A stretch of DNA of 64,000 nucleotides, taken from NCBI RefSeq assembly GCF_009914755.1, contig NC_060925.1. The stretch is one strand, 5' to 3'. Numbering within the stretch: the stretch's first letter is position 1; the number at the start of each line of letters is the position of its first letter. The notes below the pieces were generated by a model. The model was not told where the DNA came from, made no database searches, and was given only the letters and a program-made list of their open reading frames with translations. This DNA is from the human T2T-CHM13v2.0 reference genome, Homo sapiens. Positions 1 to 29,927 of this stretch are shown piece after piece. Position numbers and translations under genes: made by a program.

Positions 1-964
1 AACATGATCAATATTCAACAAATATACGTTGAATAGATAAATGGCCCATTTGGGGCAATGAATATATAAGCATCTTTCTACTAAGAAAAATGACTTACCC
101 CTTTTAGGAAAACAATCATAATTACATGAATTACGCATATGCTGACTATTTTGACATCTGAAAAAGTTTTGCTTAAAAGCATAGAATATCTGCTGTGACA
201 GTTGTTGGAAATTTTGACTGCCTAGCATATTTCCCCTCTTTGTGACAACACCCCTAATTTCTTTTACAGAAAAGACCTTCTCCATTGTGTGCAGTCTTGA
301 CGAAACCATAAATCAAGGTTCTCTTGTCATCCCACCCCATCACACTATTCCCTTTCTCTGTTTCCCTTCTCCTTTCTTCTCGCTGTCTGTGTCTCTCTTT
401 CACCAGGCTAAGAGGTAGAATCACAACACAAGCCAGAATAATTTTTTTTCCAGAACTTTGTTTATTGAGATTTGTAACTTAAAGGATTGAAAATGTGGGT
501 GGTTAACTCCACACAGACTCACCCTTCGCAGTGCAATCCCTGATGGACGCCACTCCTGATTGTCCTGGGCTTGCTTCTTGCAGGCCTAGCAGCCCCTGCC
601 CACGCCCACCTGAACCAGATTAGTAGCTTTCCCTGGGATAACTGGGACAAAGGGAAGGACCCTGTGGTGATCAAAAGCCTGTCTCTGGAAGCTGACCCCA
701 ACTTCGTTCCTGGGAACGTGATCGTCAGTGCTGAGGACAAGAACCAGTGTCCCCCTCAAATCTCCTCTGAAGGGAGGAATTAACTGTAGAGAAGGAAGTG
801 TCTGGCTTCTGGGTCAAGATCTCATGCATGGAACAGATTGGCAGCTGTGCCTATGAAAACTTCTGTGATGTGCTTGATATTTTCATTCCCCCTGAGGAGC
901 CCTGCCCAGAGCCCCTGCATACCTATGGGCTTCTTTGCCACTGTCCCTTCAAAGTAGGCACCTA

Positions 965-1322
<358 letters not shown>

Positions 1323-1504
1323 TCAGCCACAGCAGAATTAAGGGATATGAGGAAGGTTCCTTTTCCTCTGTCATGTGCTTGTCAACGTCAAATTTTGACT
1401 CTCTGCCCCCCTTCAAGCCCCTTTCTGCAATGAGTCAGCTATCCTCACTGAAAATCATTGTGTGCCACTTACATTTTAGGCTGGGACAAGCAGCCCTGAA
1501 CTAA

Positions 1505-1836
<332 letters not shown>

Positions 1837-2592
1837 AGAGTTGAACAGTTCTTGATAGCCCAGGACATCTGCTGGGCTGGCCACATTACCCATCCTCCTT
1901 TAGACATTCTCTCTAAAGAGCTTCATTCATTTCCAAAACAGTTGAGGAATGGGAACCAATGTGTTTTGGGGCCTCATGTTTACACTGATCTAATCTTGAC
2001 CTCCTGAAAAATCTTTGTGACTTTTTTTTTGTCACTGAGTTAAAAGCAGAGTGAGAGTATTAACATTTTTGTTCTACTCCAGCTCCCTCTTACAATTAAG
2101 GGGAAAAGTAGTTGGTCTTAGTCTATTTATCCCTTAACTTCTATGATTAATTTTGATTTCTTTTCTAGATTTGCCCAATTAATACTGGGGTACAGTGTAT
2201 CCTGGAGAGCAGGGTGTGTGGGAGGAGTCTCTTGGGGGAGATAGGAGATAGGAGTGCTCTATTGTTTACAAACACAGGTGCCCACAGGGCCAAGCAAGAG
2301 ATGAGTGACAAGGACCATGAGAAACAGGTTGCTTCCAGCGGAGATGTTTGTTTTTCCTTTTTAGATAAAGATAATACTACAGTGTAACTCTTTCTTATTC
2401 TATACAGAAAGTCACAGCACATGTGCATTGATACAAGGCTGCTGAGGCCTGGTCTCCAGTTGGAAATATAATTAAGGGTGACAAGGACTGGAGTAAGTTG
2501 GAGAGTACACAGCCAGCCAGTCTGTGACGACAACTGCTACCTTGCTATAACAAGTTAGTGCCACATAAGAATGTCATAGGCCCAGTATTTGA

Positions 2593-2999
<407 letters not shown>

Positions 3000-3507
3000 A
3001 ATTATTTTCCTTAAACACTGTGCAGCCCAAAGGGGCTGAGCGGACATGTGAGTGGGGAAAGCCAGCTTGTGGGTGGCCATTTTGCAGCCTCTGATCTAAG
3101 ACGGTGCATGCCTTGTCCTCTTAAAACAACTCCTGTGGCACCACTTCTCCCTCCACAAGGCCAAATCCATCGTGTCTGATCTTAAGGAGAAGGCCCTTCC
3201 AGTGCTAGGAGAGGTATGGGCAGCCTCTCATCTGTGAGCTATGGGGATCAGCAGGCCACCTGCCCCAGTCTTGGAGCTCTGTAGGGTGAATGAGGCAGAT
3301 GTGGAAGAGTTGGCCCCACCAACAGCTGCTTTGTGGAGCAGGGGTCCAAGGAAGATAAGGTGGACTCAAGGTCAGGCTGCCTGGATTTGTCCGCCACCCT
3401 GTTATGCCATGACAACTTCTGAACCACACACCAGACCTGAGTTCTGGGCTCATTTGAAGCCTGGAATAGCAATAAATATTTTTAACTTGCAAAAAGAAAA
3501 GAAAAAG

Positions 3508-4101
<594 letters not shown>

Positions 4102-4779
4102 TAATTATACGTGATAAATGCTATAGAGTTCTCATTAAAATGAACTATAGCGAATTTTTAAGTAAAAAAACAATTTGCATAATATATTTTTAAAATAAGC
4201 ACTCCTAAAATAATACTGTGTATTTTCATCAGTTTATTTGTATAAATATGCATATAAATGGATAAATAAAGACCCCAAGGATACATGCAAACTAAAAATA
4301 GTAATTAATTATGTAGAAGAAAAAATTGGGGGAGTCAAGGATGACTGTAGGTTAATCTGTCATAAATATATGAACTTAAAAACATAATTTTAAGGAGAAA
4401 ACAATTTTAAGTACATTCAGAGGCACAAAGTCTGCTTTTGAACTCCTTTAAAAATATACAAGTGCAGACATAAAAGCTCCATGGGGTCACAATAAAATTG
4501 TAAAGGCTTGTGTACTATTATCATAATCGTAGGATGACCAATCATAGTGATTTTCCCAGGATGACTGGTCATCTTACATAATGGTATCCCTTAGAGTAAA
4601 AAACAGTGTTTTTTTCTTAAGTTTGGCCGGATAATTGCTGGTATATGTAATAAATAAAGTTTGGGGGGACTCAGGCTTTTTTCTAATGCCTGGGCATTGA
4701 TAATACAATCAGTCTATATAAGATTTATTAATTTAGCAAACAGTAATTGATCGTTTATTGTGTGTCATCACTATAATAG

Positions 4780-5853
<1,074 letters not shown>

Positions 5854-5956
5854 GTAGTTCCTATAGATCCTATAATAAGTGAGGCACAATCCCTTTATTT
5901 ACTTATTTATTTTTGAAACAGAGTCTCATTCTGTCGCCCAGGCTGAGGTGCAGTGG

Positions 5957-6620
5957 TGTTCCCGGGCCAAACCAAGGGTCGGGTTCCTTATTCTCGTGGC
6001 CCAATAACGAGATAAAGATGAACTGGGAGAAAAGGGAGTTTTTATTTCTATAACTGGTTACAGGGAGAAGGGCTGGAAATTATCGCTGGACCAACTCAAA
6101 ATTACAAAGTTTTCCAAAGCTTATATACCTTCTAAGCGATATGTGTACATGTAAGTGTGCATTTACCTAAAGACACAAGCGATTAACTTCTTTTAATCTG
6201 TAACTAAGATCTGAGTCCTGAAGACCTTCCTCTGGAGCCTCAGTAAATTTACTTAAGCTAAATGGGTCCAGGTGCTGGGGTGATTACCGACCATTATCTT
6301 GTCTCCTGCTAAGTCATGGAGGTTTGGGGACTTACTTTAGTCCCCAATAAAGCTTGTTTGTGGAGGCCTGGAGAGTTTCTTCAGGCCCACAATAAAACTT
6401 GTTTAATCCTCAACAGGTCCTGTTAAGAATTCCTTCATTATCTTGTCATGCTTTAAGGCTGAGGAAAAGCCTAAGCAAAACTCTTGGTGGGCTTTTGTCA
6501 CATTCCAGACTTTGTACAAGGGCACTAGCTCTTTCAACTTTCAACATTTAACTTAACCACTCAATCAGTACTGAAACAGTTGTTATGGAGGCCTGCATTA
6601 GTGGGACCTGGCCTGCCACA
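5957..6620 (-). mobile_element. PABL_A solo LTR (ERV1)
   Basis: Reverse complement begins TGTGGCAGGCCAGGTCCCACTAATGCAGGCCTCCATAACAAC and ends ..TTTGGCCCGGGAACA; homologous to 28027-28670. Confidence 0.88.
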
Positions 6621-6697
6621 GTGTGATTACAGCTCACCGCAGCCTCGATCTCCTGGGCTTAAGCAATCCTCATGCTCAGCTGAGACTACAGGTACAC

Positions 6698-7097
6698 AGT
6701 CATGCGCATCTGTGTGAAGAGACCACCAAACAGGCTTTGTGTGAGCAACAAGGCTGTGTTTATTTCACCTGGGTGCAGGCGGGCTGAGTCCAAAAAGAGA
6801 GTCAGCAAAGGGTGGTGGGATTATCATTAGTTCTTATAGGTTTGGGGATAGGCGGTGGAGTTAGGAGCAATGTTTTGCAGGCAGTGGGTGGATCTCACAA
6901 AGCACATTCTCAAGGGTGGGAAGAACTACAAAGAACCTTCTTAAGGGTGGGGGAGAAACAAATCACAATGGTGGAATGTCATCAGTTAAGGCTATTTTCA
7001 GTTCTTTTGTGGATCTTCAGTTGCTTCAGGCCATCTGGATGTATACGTGCAGGTCACAGGGGATATGATGGCTTAGCTTGGGCTCAGAGGCCTGACA
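6698..7097 (-). mobile_element. LTR7 (HERV-H) solo LTR
   Basis: Reverse complement begins TGTCAGGCCTCTGAGCCCAAGCTAAGCCATCATATCCCCTGTGACCTGCACGTATACATCCAGATGGCCTGAAG and ends ..GGTGGTCTCTTCACACAGATGCGCATGAC; 5-bp TSD TACAC/CACAC. Confidence 0.93.
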
Positions 7098-7497
7098 CAC
7101 ACCACTACTTTTTTTTTTTTTTTTTTTTTGGAGAGATGGGGTCTCACTATGTTGCCCAGGCTGGTCTCAAACTCCCAAGCTCAAGTGATCTTCCTGCTTC
7201 AGCCTCCCAAAGCACTGGGCTTACAGTTGTGAGCGGCTTCACCAAGCCATGGCACAATCTTTATCCTCAAATACTTTAGCATCCCAAGAAGAAAATACAC
7301 AAGTAAGCAGGTAACCCAAAGACAGTATTAAGTGACAAGTAAGTAGAAGGAGCTGAGGGAGCACTTGGGTGGAACATCTAACAGACTTAGGAGAGCAGAG
7401 AAGCTTTTCTGGAGGAAAGCACAAAGGCAAAAACAAGAATTGTGTGAAGGCCAACCCTACAGACTGCCAGATGTTCCTGCAACATCTCTGTGACACC

Positions 7498-7872
7498 TAT
7501 ATTAGTCCGTTTTCACACTGCTGTAAAGAAATAGCAAGAGTGGGTAATTTATAAAGGAAAGAGGCTTAATTAACTCACAGTTCCACATGGCTGAGGCAGC
7601 CTCAGGAAATTTACAAAAAATGGTGGAAGGCAAAGGGTAAGCAAGACAACAGGAGAGAGAATGAGACTGAGCACAGGAAATACTGCCACTTTTAAAGCCA
7701 TCAAGATCTCGTGAGACTCACTCATTATCATGAGAATGGCATTGGGGACACCGCCCCCATAATCCAATCACTTCCCACCCTCGACATGTGGGTATTACAG
7801 GTCCCTCCCTTGACATGTCGGATTACAATTGAAGATGAGATTTGGGTAGGGACACAAAGCCAAACCATATCA
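7498..7872 (-). mobile_element. MaLR solo LTR (MSTA/THE1-type)
   Basis: TATATTAGTCCGTTTTCACACTGCT..AGCCAAACCATATCA; 5-bp TSD ACACC. Confidence 0.9.
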
Positions 7873-8080
7873 ACACCTCTCCCCTCCTGGAGCTTCCACA
7901 GTAGCAATTGGTGTTACACTGATCTGTGAGCTCCCTGAATGTCTGCTTAGAGTTCTTAGAGGCAGGACCTGCTCCATCTTACTTTGTAACTACAGCAAGG
8001 CTGTCATGTGTGAATGAATAAAGAGCTTTTATTGACCAAAAAAAAAAAAAATGTAAGTGATGGAAAGTATTAAATCATCA

Positions 8081-8990
<910 letters not shown>

Positions 8991-9371
8991 AATTAAAAAC
9001 ATATAGCTACCACAGTTTGTTAATGAAAATATACTATAAAAGATGTAAAGTGTAACTTCAATAGCATAAAATGGGATAAGGGAGAAGTAAAAGTATACAG
9101 TTTTTGTATGTGCTTGAAGTTAAGCTGTTATTAACTTAAATTAGAATGTTATAACTATAAGATACTTTATGTAAGCCCCATAGTAACCACAAAGAAAAAA
9201 TCTCTAGTAGATACACAAAAGATAAAGAAAAAGAAATCAAAGCGTACCACTACAAAAATTCAACGAATCACAAAGGAAGACAGCAAGATTGGAAGAAAGG
9301 AACTACAAAACAGTCAGTAAACAATTAACAAAATGGCAATCATAATTTCTTACCTGTCAAAAATTACTTTA

Positions 9372-9692
<321 letters not shown>

Positions 9693-9737
9693 TTAAATTC
9701 TCCAGTCAAAAGAGAATGCCTTAAAAAAAAAAGTTCT

Positions 9738-10060
<323 letters not shown>

Positions 10061-10476
10061 TCATAAAGACACATTTAGACTAAAAGCAAAGACATGGAAA
10101 CAGATATTTAATGTAAATGGAAAACAAAAGAGAGCAGGAGTGGCAATATTTATAACAGACAAAATAGATCTTAAGTAAAAAAACTGTAAAAATGGATAAA
10201 AATTGTCATTATATAGTGATAAAGGGGTCAAGTAATCAAAAGGATATGACAACTTTATTTCAGACATTTAGAGAGAAGGATGTAACAACTGTAAATATAT
10301 ACACCCCCAACACTGGAGCTCCTAAATATATGAAGCAAATATTAACAGATCTGAAGAGAAAGACAGATTGCAATATGATAATAGCAGGAGAATTTCAAAC
10401 CCTATTTTCAATAATGAACAGATCATCCAGACAAAAAATCAATAAGGAAACATTGGACTTGAACTACACATTAGAC

Positions 10477-10687
10477 CATGGGTGTCCAATCTTTTGGCTT
10501 CCTTGGGCAACATTGGAAGAAGAAGAATTGTCTTGAGCCACATATAAAATACACTAACAATAGCTGATAAGCTAAAAGAAAAAAAAATCTCATAATGTTT
10601 TGAGAAAGTTTACGAATTTGTGTTGGGTCACATTCAAAGCCATCCTGGGCCGCATGTAGCCCATGGGCCATGGGTTGGACAAGCTTG
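10477..10687 (+). mobile_element. MER30 hAT-Charlie DNA transposon
   Basis: CATGGGTGTCCAATCTTTTGGCTTCC..GGGTTGGACAAGCTTG; 8-bp TSD CATTAGAC/TTTTAGAC. Confidence 0.88.
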
Positions 10688-10827
10688 TTTTAGACCAAAT
10701 GGACCTGAATGACATATATAGGACAATATATCCAACCCCACTAAAATACACATTCCTCTCAAGTATACACACAGAACATATTCCAGAATAGATATGTTAG
10801 GCCACAAAACAAGTCTTTAAAAATGTA

Positions 10828-20718
<9,891 letters not shown>

Positions 20719-21041
20719 GGAAACATTGAACTTGGAGTACACTGTAGACCAAATGGACCTAAAAGACATATACAAATATTCCATCCAACAGTAACAGGAT
20801 ATACATTCTTCTCAAGTGCACACAAAACATTCTTCAGAATAATTCACATATTAGAAGGAGATTGGCATTAATAACCCAGAGAGCAAATGGAAAATACCTG
20901 CAGGTGGGGGCAGGGGAAGTGGTAGCAGGGGTGATAGATGAGATGTTGGACTATAGAAGGGAAAGGAACAGAAAAAAATTGATAATTTTGGATAAATTGC
21001 ATGAATACCCTGCTTTTAGTGATTAAAAGAACACTTATTTT

Positions 21042-21330
21042 TGGCGGGGTGAGACGGTTCACACGTAGCACTTTGGGAAGACAAGGCAGGTGCATGGCTT
21101 GAGCTTAGGAGTTCAAGACCAGCCTGAACAACATGGTGAAACCCATCTCTACCAAAAATACAAAAATTAGCTGGGCATGGTGGCATGAGTCTGTGATCCC
21201 AGCTACTTGGGAGGCTGAGGCAGGAGGATTGCTTGAGCTCAGGAGCAGAGGTTGCAGTGAGCTGAAATTAAACCACTGCACTCCAGCCTGGGTAACAGAG
21301 TGAAACTCCATCTCAAAAAAAAAAAAAAAA
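21042..21330 (+). mobile_element. Alu (S/J)
   Basis: Dimer; degenerate TSD AAGAACACTTATTTT/AGGAACACGTGTTTT. Confidence 0.9.
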
Positions 21331-21439
21331 GAGGAACACGTGTTTTTGTAAAAAAAAAGAAAAGAAATAAACCAGAGAGAGGGATACAATGCTGGGAGAA
21401 CCAGCTGCAATTTAAAATCTTGTACATATCTCCCTAAAG

Positions 21440-21640
21440 TTATTATATGCAAATATAATAATATACAATATAACATATTGGACATTATATTCACTCTAAT
21501 ATTACCGACAATACATCAGCTGTTATATTTATTATATTAACACTGCGCAATATAGTGTGATAAATTTAATGTGTTGTATGATAACACGTAGGTAATTATA
21601 ATATATAATTATATAATAATGTATATATGATAATTATTTT
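21440..21640. repeat. AT-rich low-complexity tract
   Basis: TATA/ATTAT-rich sequence between non-L1 filler and the resumption of L1MA. Confidence 0.75.
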
Positions 21641-22013
21641 AAAATTAAGAGACTAAAACTATATCAAGTATCTTTTCCAACCACAATGGTATAAAATTAG
21701 AAATCAACAAATGGAGGAATTTTGGAAAATTCAAAAATATGTGGAAATTAAACAACAGGCTCCTGGACAAACAATGGGTCAAAAAAGAAATCAAAAGGGA
21801 AATTTTAAAATAATTTAAGACACACAAAAATGGAAAAACGATATACCAAAATGTATGGGATAACAGCAAAAGCAACTGTAAGAAGGAAATTTATAGCAAT
21901 AAATGCCTACATTGAAAAAGAAGGATCTAAAAAAAAAAGAAAACAACCTAACATTACACCCCAAGGAACTAGAAAAAGAAGAACAAACTAAGACCAAAGT
22001 TAGTAGAAGGAAG

Positions 22014-22780
22014 TGTTACCGGCGGGTCTTTGTTCTTAGAGCTCCCAAGATGGTGGCGGGCTGCTCCCAAGATGGTGGCGGGCTGCTCCCAAGATGGTGG
22101 CAAGCCTTTTGTTCTCTGACCTGGGGTTCTTGGCCTCATGGATTCCAAGGAATGGAACCTTGGGCCATGTGGTGAGTGTTATAGCTCTATTAGAAGCCAT
22201 GGGTCATGGAAGAGAACCATGGAACCCAGTGACTAGTGTTCAGCTCCATTAGGACTAACCTCGGCACTTAGCCATGCAGGAATAATGGCAAGCCTCTAGC
22301 CTGATCAGGAGTGGCAATGGGCACCTCACTGGATCAGAAGAACAGCGGACACCCTGCCAGATCCCAAGGGGTGGAAGTCAACGGGGGGTCTGTGATGGCG
22401 GCATTCAGCAGTGGTGGACGGCAAGTGAAAGCTCTGCTCAAGCCAGAACAAACATGGACCAGAAGAGTGTGCAGTTGCAAGATTTAATAGAGTGAAAACA
22501 GAGCTCCCATACAACGGGAGGGGACCCAAAGGGGGTTGCCCAGTCCAGCACCAATGCCTGGGTTTATATCCCAATCATTGTCCCTCCTGCTGTGCTCTCA
22601 GGTGATAGATGATTGACTATTTCTTTACCTCCTGCTTTTAGCCTAACTGGTATTTTAGTGAGCTGAGTTGCAAGCCCAGTGTTTAAAAGTTTAAACACTG
22701 TTTAAAGGTGCAGTCACCTGCCCCAGCTAGGCTTAGGAATTCTTAGTCAGCCTAGGAAATCCAACTAATCCTGTCTCTCA
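22014..22780 (-). mobile_element. LTR17 (HERV-W-type) solo LTR
   Basis: Reverse complement begins TGAGAGACAGGATTAGTTGGATTTCCTAGGCTGACTAAGAATTCCTAAGCCTAGCTGGG and ends ..CCGGTAACA; 4-bp TSD GAAG. Confidence 0.88.
22041..22101. repeat. 22-bp tandem repeat x2.8 (GCTCCCAAGATGGTGGCGGGCT) inside LTR17
   Basis: Exact copies starting at 22041, 22063 and 22085. Confidence 0.95.
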
Positions 22781-23360
22781 GAAGGGAATAAGATCAGGGC
22801 AAAAATAAATGAAATATAGACTAGAAAAATAATAGAATCAAGAAAACTGAGTTGATTTTCTTAAAAGACAAACAAAATCAACAAACCTTTAGCAAGACTA
22901 AGAAAAAAAGATTCAAATCAAATCAGAAAGGAAAGATGAGACATTAGAACTGATACTGTCGAGACACAAAGGATTGAAAGAGACTAATATGAACAATTAT
23001 ACTCCAACAAATTGGATAACCTAAAGGAAATGGATAAAGTCCTAGAAACATACAACTTCCCCAGACTGAATTATGAAGAAATAGAAAATCTGAATAGATT
23101 AATAATGAGTAAGGAGATTGAATCAGCAATAAAGTCTCCCACCAAAGAAAAGCCTAGGATCTGTTAGCTTCACTGCTGAATTCTACCAGGCATTTAAATA
23201 ACTAATGCCAATCCTTCTCAATCTCTTCCAAAAACCTGAGGAGAAAGGAATACTTCCAAACACATTTTACAAGGCCAGCATTACCCCGATACCAAAGCCA
23301 AACTAAGAAACTACATAAAAAAAATTACAGGCCAACAATCCTGATGAATATTGCTATATT

Positions 23361-26468
<3,108 letters not shown>

Positions 26469-26507
26469 AAAAAATCAAACTCATGGAAGCAGGGAGTAGA
26501 GTGGTAG

Positions 26508-27283
26508 TGTCAACAAAAAGAGTCGAGCTCTGAAAAATATTTGAAGAGATTTATTCTAAGACAAATTTGAGTGACCAATGGTCTCTGACAGTCCCAGGAG
26601 ATCCTGAGAACATATGCCCAAGGTGGTAGGGCTACAGCTTAGTTTTATACATTTTAGGGAGACCTGGAACATCAATCAATGCATGTAAGACATACATTGC
26701 TTTAGTCTGGAAAGGCAGGACAACTAGAAGGAGGTGGGGGGCTTCCAGATCACAGGCAGATTCAAAGACTTTCTTTTTGGCAGTTGGTTGAAAGAGTTAT
26801 TATCTAAAGACCTGGAATCAATAGAAAGAAATGTCTGGGTTATGGTAAGTGGTTGTGGAGACCAAGATTTTAATCAAGCAGATGAAGCCTCCAGGTAGCA
26901 GGCTTCAGAGAGAATAGATTGTAAATGTTTCTTATCAGACTTAAAAACTCTGTTCTATCAGTCTTTTTTTTTTTATGGAATGCTTCATGAATTTGCATGT
27001 CATCTTTGCATAGGGGCGATGCTAATCTTCTCCGTATCATTCCAAGTTTACTATATGTGCTGCCAAAGCAAGCACTATTCTATCAGTCTTAAGGACTCTG
27101 TGTTGATGTTAATGCTGGGCAGCTGTACCTGAACTCCAAAAGGGAGGAGGGCATAATGAGGCATGTCTGACCCCCACTCCCCGTTATGGCCTGAACTAGT
27201 TTTTCAGGATAACTTTGGAATGCCCTGGGCAAAGGGGAGGACCCATCAGTCAGCTAGAGGGCTTAGAATTTTATTTTTGGTAT
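26508..27283 (-). mobile_element. MER4-type (MER4B/D) ERV1 solo LTR in L1MA 3'UTR
   Basis: TGTCAACAAAAAGAGTC..GGCTTAGAATTTTATTTTTGGT; TSD GTAG; split by the U6 retrocopy. Confidence 0.85.
26974..27075 (-). pseudogene. Full-length U6 snRNA retropseudogene with poly(A) and TSD
   Basis: Reverse complement GTGCTTGCTTTGGCAGCACATATAGTAAACTTGGAATGATACGGAGAAGATTAGCATCGCCCCTATGCAAAGATGACATGCAAATTCATGAAGCATTCCATA followed by an A tail; ACAGAGA box mutated to ACGGAGA; 15-bp TSD T(G/A)TTCTATCAGTCTT (26951-26965, 27076-27090); no upstream U6 promoter context. Confidence 0.96.
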
Positions 27284-27618
27284 GTAGTGTTTACCAGGGC
27301 TGGGAATGGAGGTGACTGGGGAGGAGGAGGAAATGGGTAGATGTTGGTCAAAAGATACAAAGTTGAAGTTAGGAGTAATAAGTTGTGGAGATCTATTTTG
27401 CAACATGATAACTATAATTAATAATAAGGTAGAGTATATTTGAAAATTGTTAGAGGATAGATTTTAAATGTTATCTTCACACATTTAAGTATGTGGGGTG
27501 ATGAATATGTCAATTAGCTTGATTTAATCATTCCACAATGTATTCATATCTCAAAACATCACATTGTACACCATAAACATATACAATTTGTCATTTGTCA
27601 ATTAAAAAATGAATTACT

Positions 27619-27840
27619 AGCCTGGGCAATTAAGCAAGACCCTGTCTGTACAAAAAAAATAAAATAAAATAATTAGCCAGGCATGGTGGCATGTGCCTAT
27701 AGTTCCAGCTACTCAGGAGGCTGATGCAGGAGGATCCCTTGATCTCAGGAGTTCAAGGCTGCAGTGAATTATGATCATGCCACTGCACAACAGCCTGGAC
27801 AACAGACCAAGACATTGCTTCTAAAAATAATAATAATTAA
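27619..27840 (+). mobile_element. 5'-truncated AluJ
   Basis: Alu linker and right arm with tail. Confidence 0.88.
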
Positions 27841-28026
27841 GCAATTTTAGAAAGGAAACAAATAAAAACAAGAATCTACTGGTAAAATGGAAAAAAATTT
27901 ACCATCCTCTTACCTAGATGATCTATGAAAGCCTTTTCATTACAGCTCTAGAGTTATATAATCAAGTTAAAAGTTGATGATTTGTGTGAGTGGCATTAGT
28001 CTGGCTCTATCACATCACTGCAACAG

Positions 28027-28670
28027 TGTGGCAGGCCTCCATAACAACTTTTTTAGTACTGACTGACTGGTTAAGCTAAATATTAAAAGCTAGTGCCCTT
28101 ATACAAATGCTGCAATATAACAAAAGTCCACCATGAGTTTTGCTTAGGCCTTTCCTGAGCCTTAAAGCATGACAAAATAATGAAAGAATTCTTAACAGGG
28201 CCCATTTAGGATTGCACAAGTTTTATTGAGGGTCTGAAGAAACTCTCCAGGCCTCCACAAACAAGTTTATTGGAAATCTGAAGGAACTCCCCAAAACTCT
28301 GTGATTTAGCAGGAGACAAGATAAGTGCAATCAACCCAGCACTTGGCACTTGGACCCATTTAGATTGAGTAAACTTACTGAGGCTCCAGAAGAAGGTCTC
28401 CAGGACCCAGACCTTAGTTATAGATTAAAAGAAGTTAATCACTTATGTCTTTAGATGAATGCACACTTACACGAAAACATATAGCTTAGAAGGTATATAA
28501 GCTCTGAAAAACTTTGTAATTTTGAGTTGGTCTGGTGATAATTTCCAGGCCTTCTCCCTGTAATCAGTTACAGAAATAAAAACTCTCTTCCTCCCCAGTT
28601 CATCTGCATCTCATTATTGGGCCACGAGAAATAGAAATAGCAGCCTGGCCCTCAGTTTGACCCAGGAACA
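28027..28670 (+). mobile_element. PABL_A solo LTR (second copy)
   Basis: TGTGGCAGGCCTCCATAACAAC..GACCCAGGAACA; perfect TSD ACAG; small deletion between GCAGGCC repeats relative to the first copy. Confidence 0.9.
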
Positions 28671-28740
28671 ACAGGAAGCAGAAAGATTGAGTGGTTTTGT
28701 TGTGACCTATCACAAAATCAGTATCAGTACTGTGGTGGGG

Positions 28741-29046
28741 TTTTTTTAATTTTTTTTTTATTTTTTCCAAGACAGGATCTCACTCTGTCACCCAGGCTGG
28801 AGTGCAGTGGTGCAATCTTGGCTCACTGCTACAACCTCTGCCTCCTGTGTTCAGGTGATTCTTATGCCTCAGCCTCCTGAGTAGCTGGCACTACCGGCAC
28901 ATGCCACCACACCTGGCTAATTTTTGTATTTTTAGTAGCAACACAGTTTCATCATGTTGGCCAGGCTGGTCTTGAACTCCTGGCCTCAAGTGATCCACTC
29001 TCCTCAGCCTCAGCTGGGATTACAGAAGTGAGCCACCACTCCGGTC
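28741..29046 (-). mobile_element. AluS
   Basis: Dimer; TSD CTGTGGTGG. Confidence 0.92.
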
Positions 29047-29702
29047 CTGTGGTGGTTATTCTAACAAACCTGTGTGTGTGCTTGGTGGGAGAGAATCCAG
29101 TGTAGGATTGCTCTGACAATGTATCAATGGATTATTTTAACACTATTTCATTATTTATCTCTCCTTGGAACTAAATTTGAAGTTTCAGCAGTGGGTCTCC
29201 TTTCAATAGTTTGTTCAGATTTTAGTTCCTTTCATTCCTACTTAGAGCTTTCTGGCTATAAAGGCAAATTTCTGAGTTATCTGAGTGACTCATTTCAGGT
29301 GAGTGGGAACAAAAGCAAAACAGGAAATAATTACCATAACAAGGGCCAGAGATACACCTATAGGTGATAAGGCTGGTAACAAGCCAGTGTCTTTGTAGAA
29401 CACTTAATTTCTGAAAATCTTGCATAATGTTCACACTCATCTGGTATTTTAACAGTGTTTCACTTTGGCATGGTCTGTTCTTATGTGACTAAAGAACTCC
29501 TGAGTCCTCTATTTGTTTGTGCTGTTTTCCATAAAAGGAAATGGGGGTGAGAAATAGTGAAATAGCTCCATCCAGATAGTTGAAGCAATATAGAGTTGCA
29601 CAAAATTAAACTCACCTTAAGATAAATGGACATTGATGTTTTGGTGCTCTAAAATTGCTCCAAAACATTCTTTGTAAGTTATGCATACTGTTTAAGGGTA
29701 TT

Positions 29703-29927
29703 TATTAGCTGTGGACCTTGAACAAGTGATTTAACCATCCTGTGCTTCTGGTTTTTTTGTTCGTTTGTTTTCCCTCTTTCAGCAGAATCATGTTTCTTTA
29801 TCTGTAAATTGGAGTAATGATAGTACCTTCTTCAGAAGGATGTAATAAGGACTAAATGACTAAAGTGCTTGGAACAGTGCAGAGCAGTACATGAAGTAAG
29901 GACGTGTGTACTAGCTATTGTTGTTAC
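29703..29927 (+). mobile_element. MIR
   Basis: TAGCTGTGGACCTTGAACAAGTGATTTAACC..TTTATCTGTAAATTGGAGTAATGATAGTACC core. Confidence 0.75.

Larger units (their letters stand above)
5894..7249 (-). mobile_element. AluJ split into three pieces by two LTR insertions
   Basis: Collinear pieces 5894-5956, 6621-6697, 7098-7249; TSD GGCACAATC(C)TTT. Confidence 0.85.

Noticed and set aside
190-470. Possible old ERVL/MaLR LTR fragment
   Set aside because: Only vague resemblance; termini and TSD could not be defined.
22041-22101. CRISPR-like array (also 45671-45724 and 59270-59407)
   Set aside because: Eukaryotic DNA, head-to-tail repeats without real unique spacers and no cas genes.
29050-29700. Possible exon in non-repeat sequence (ORF 29074-29367; CAG/GTGAGT donor near 29299)
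   Set aside because: A single splice-like motif and no recognisable protein homology; cannot be supported without transcript data.
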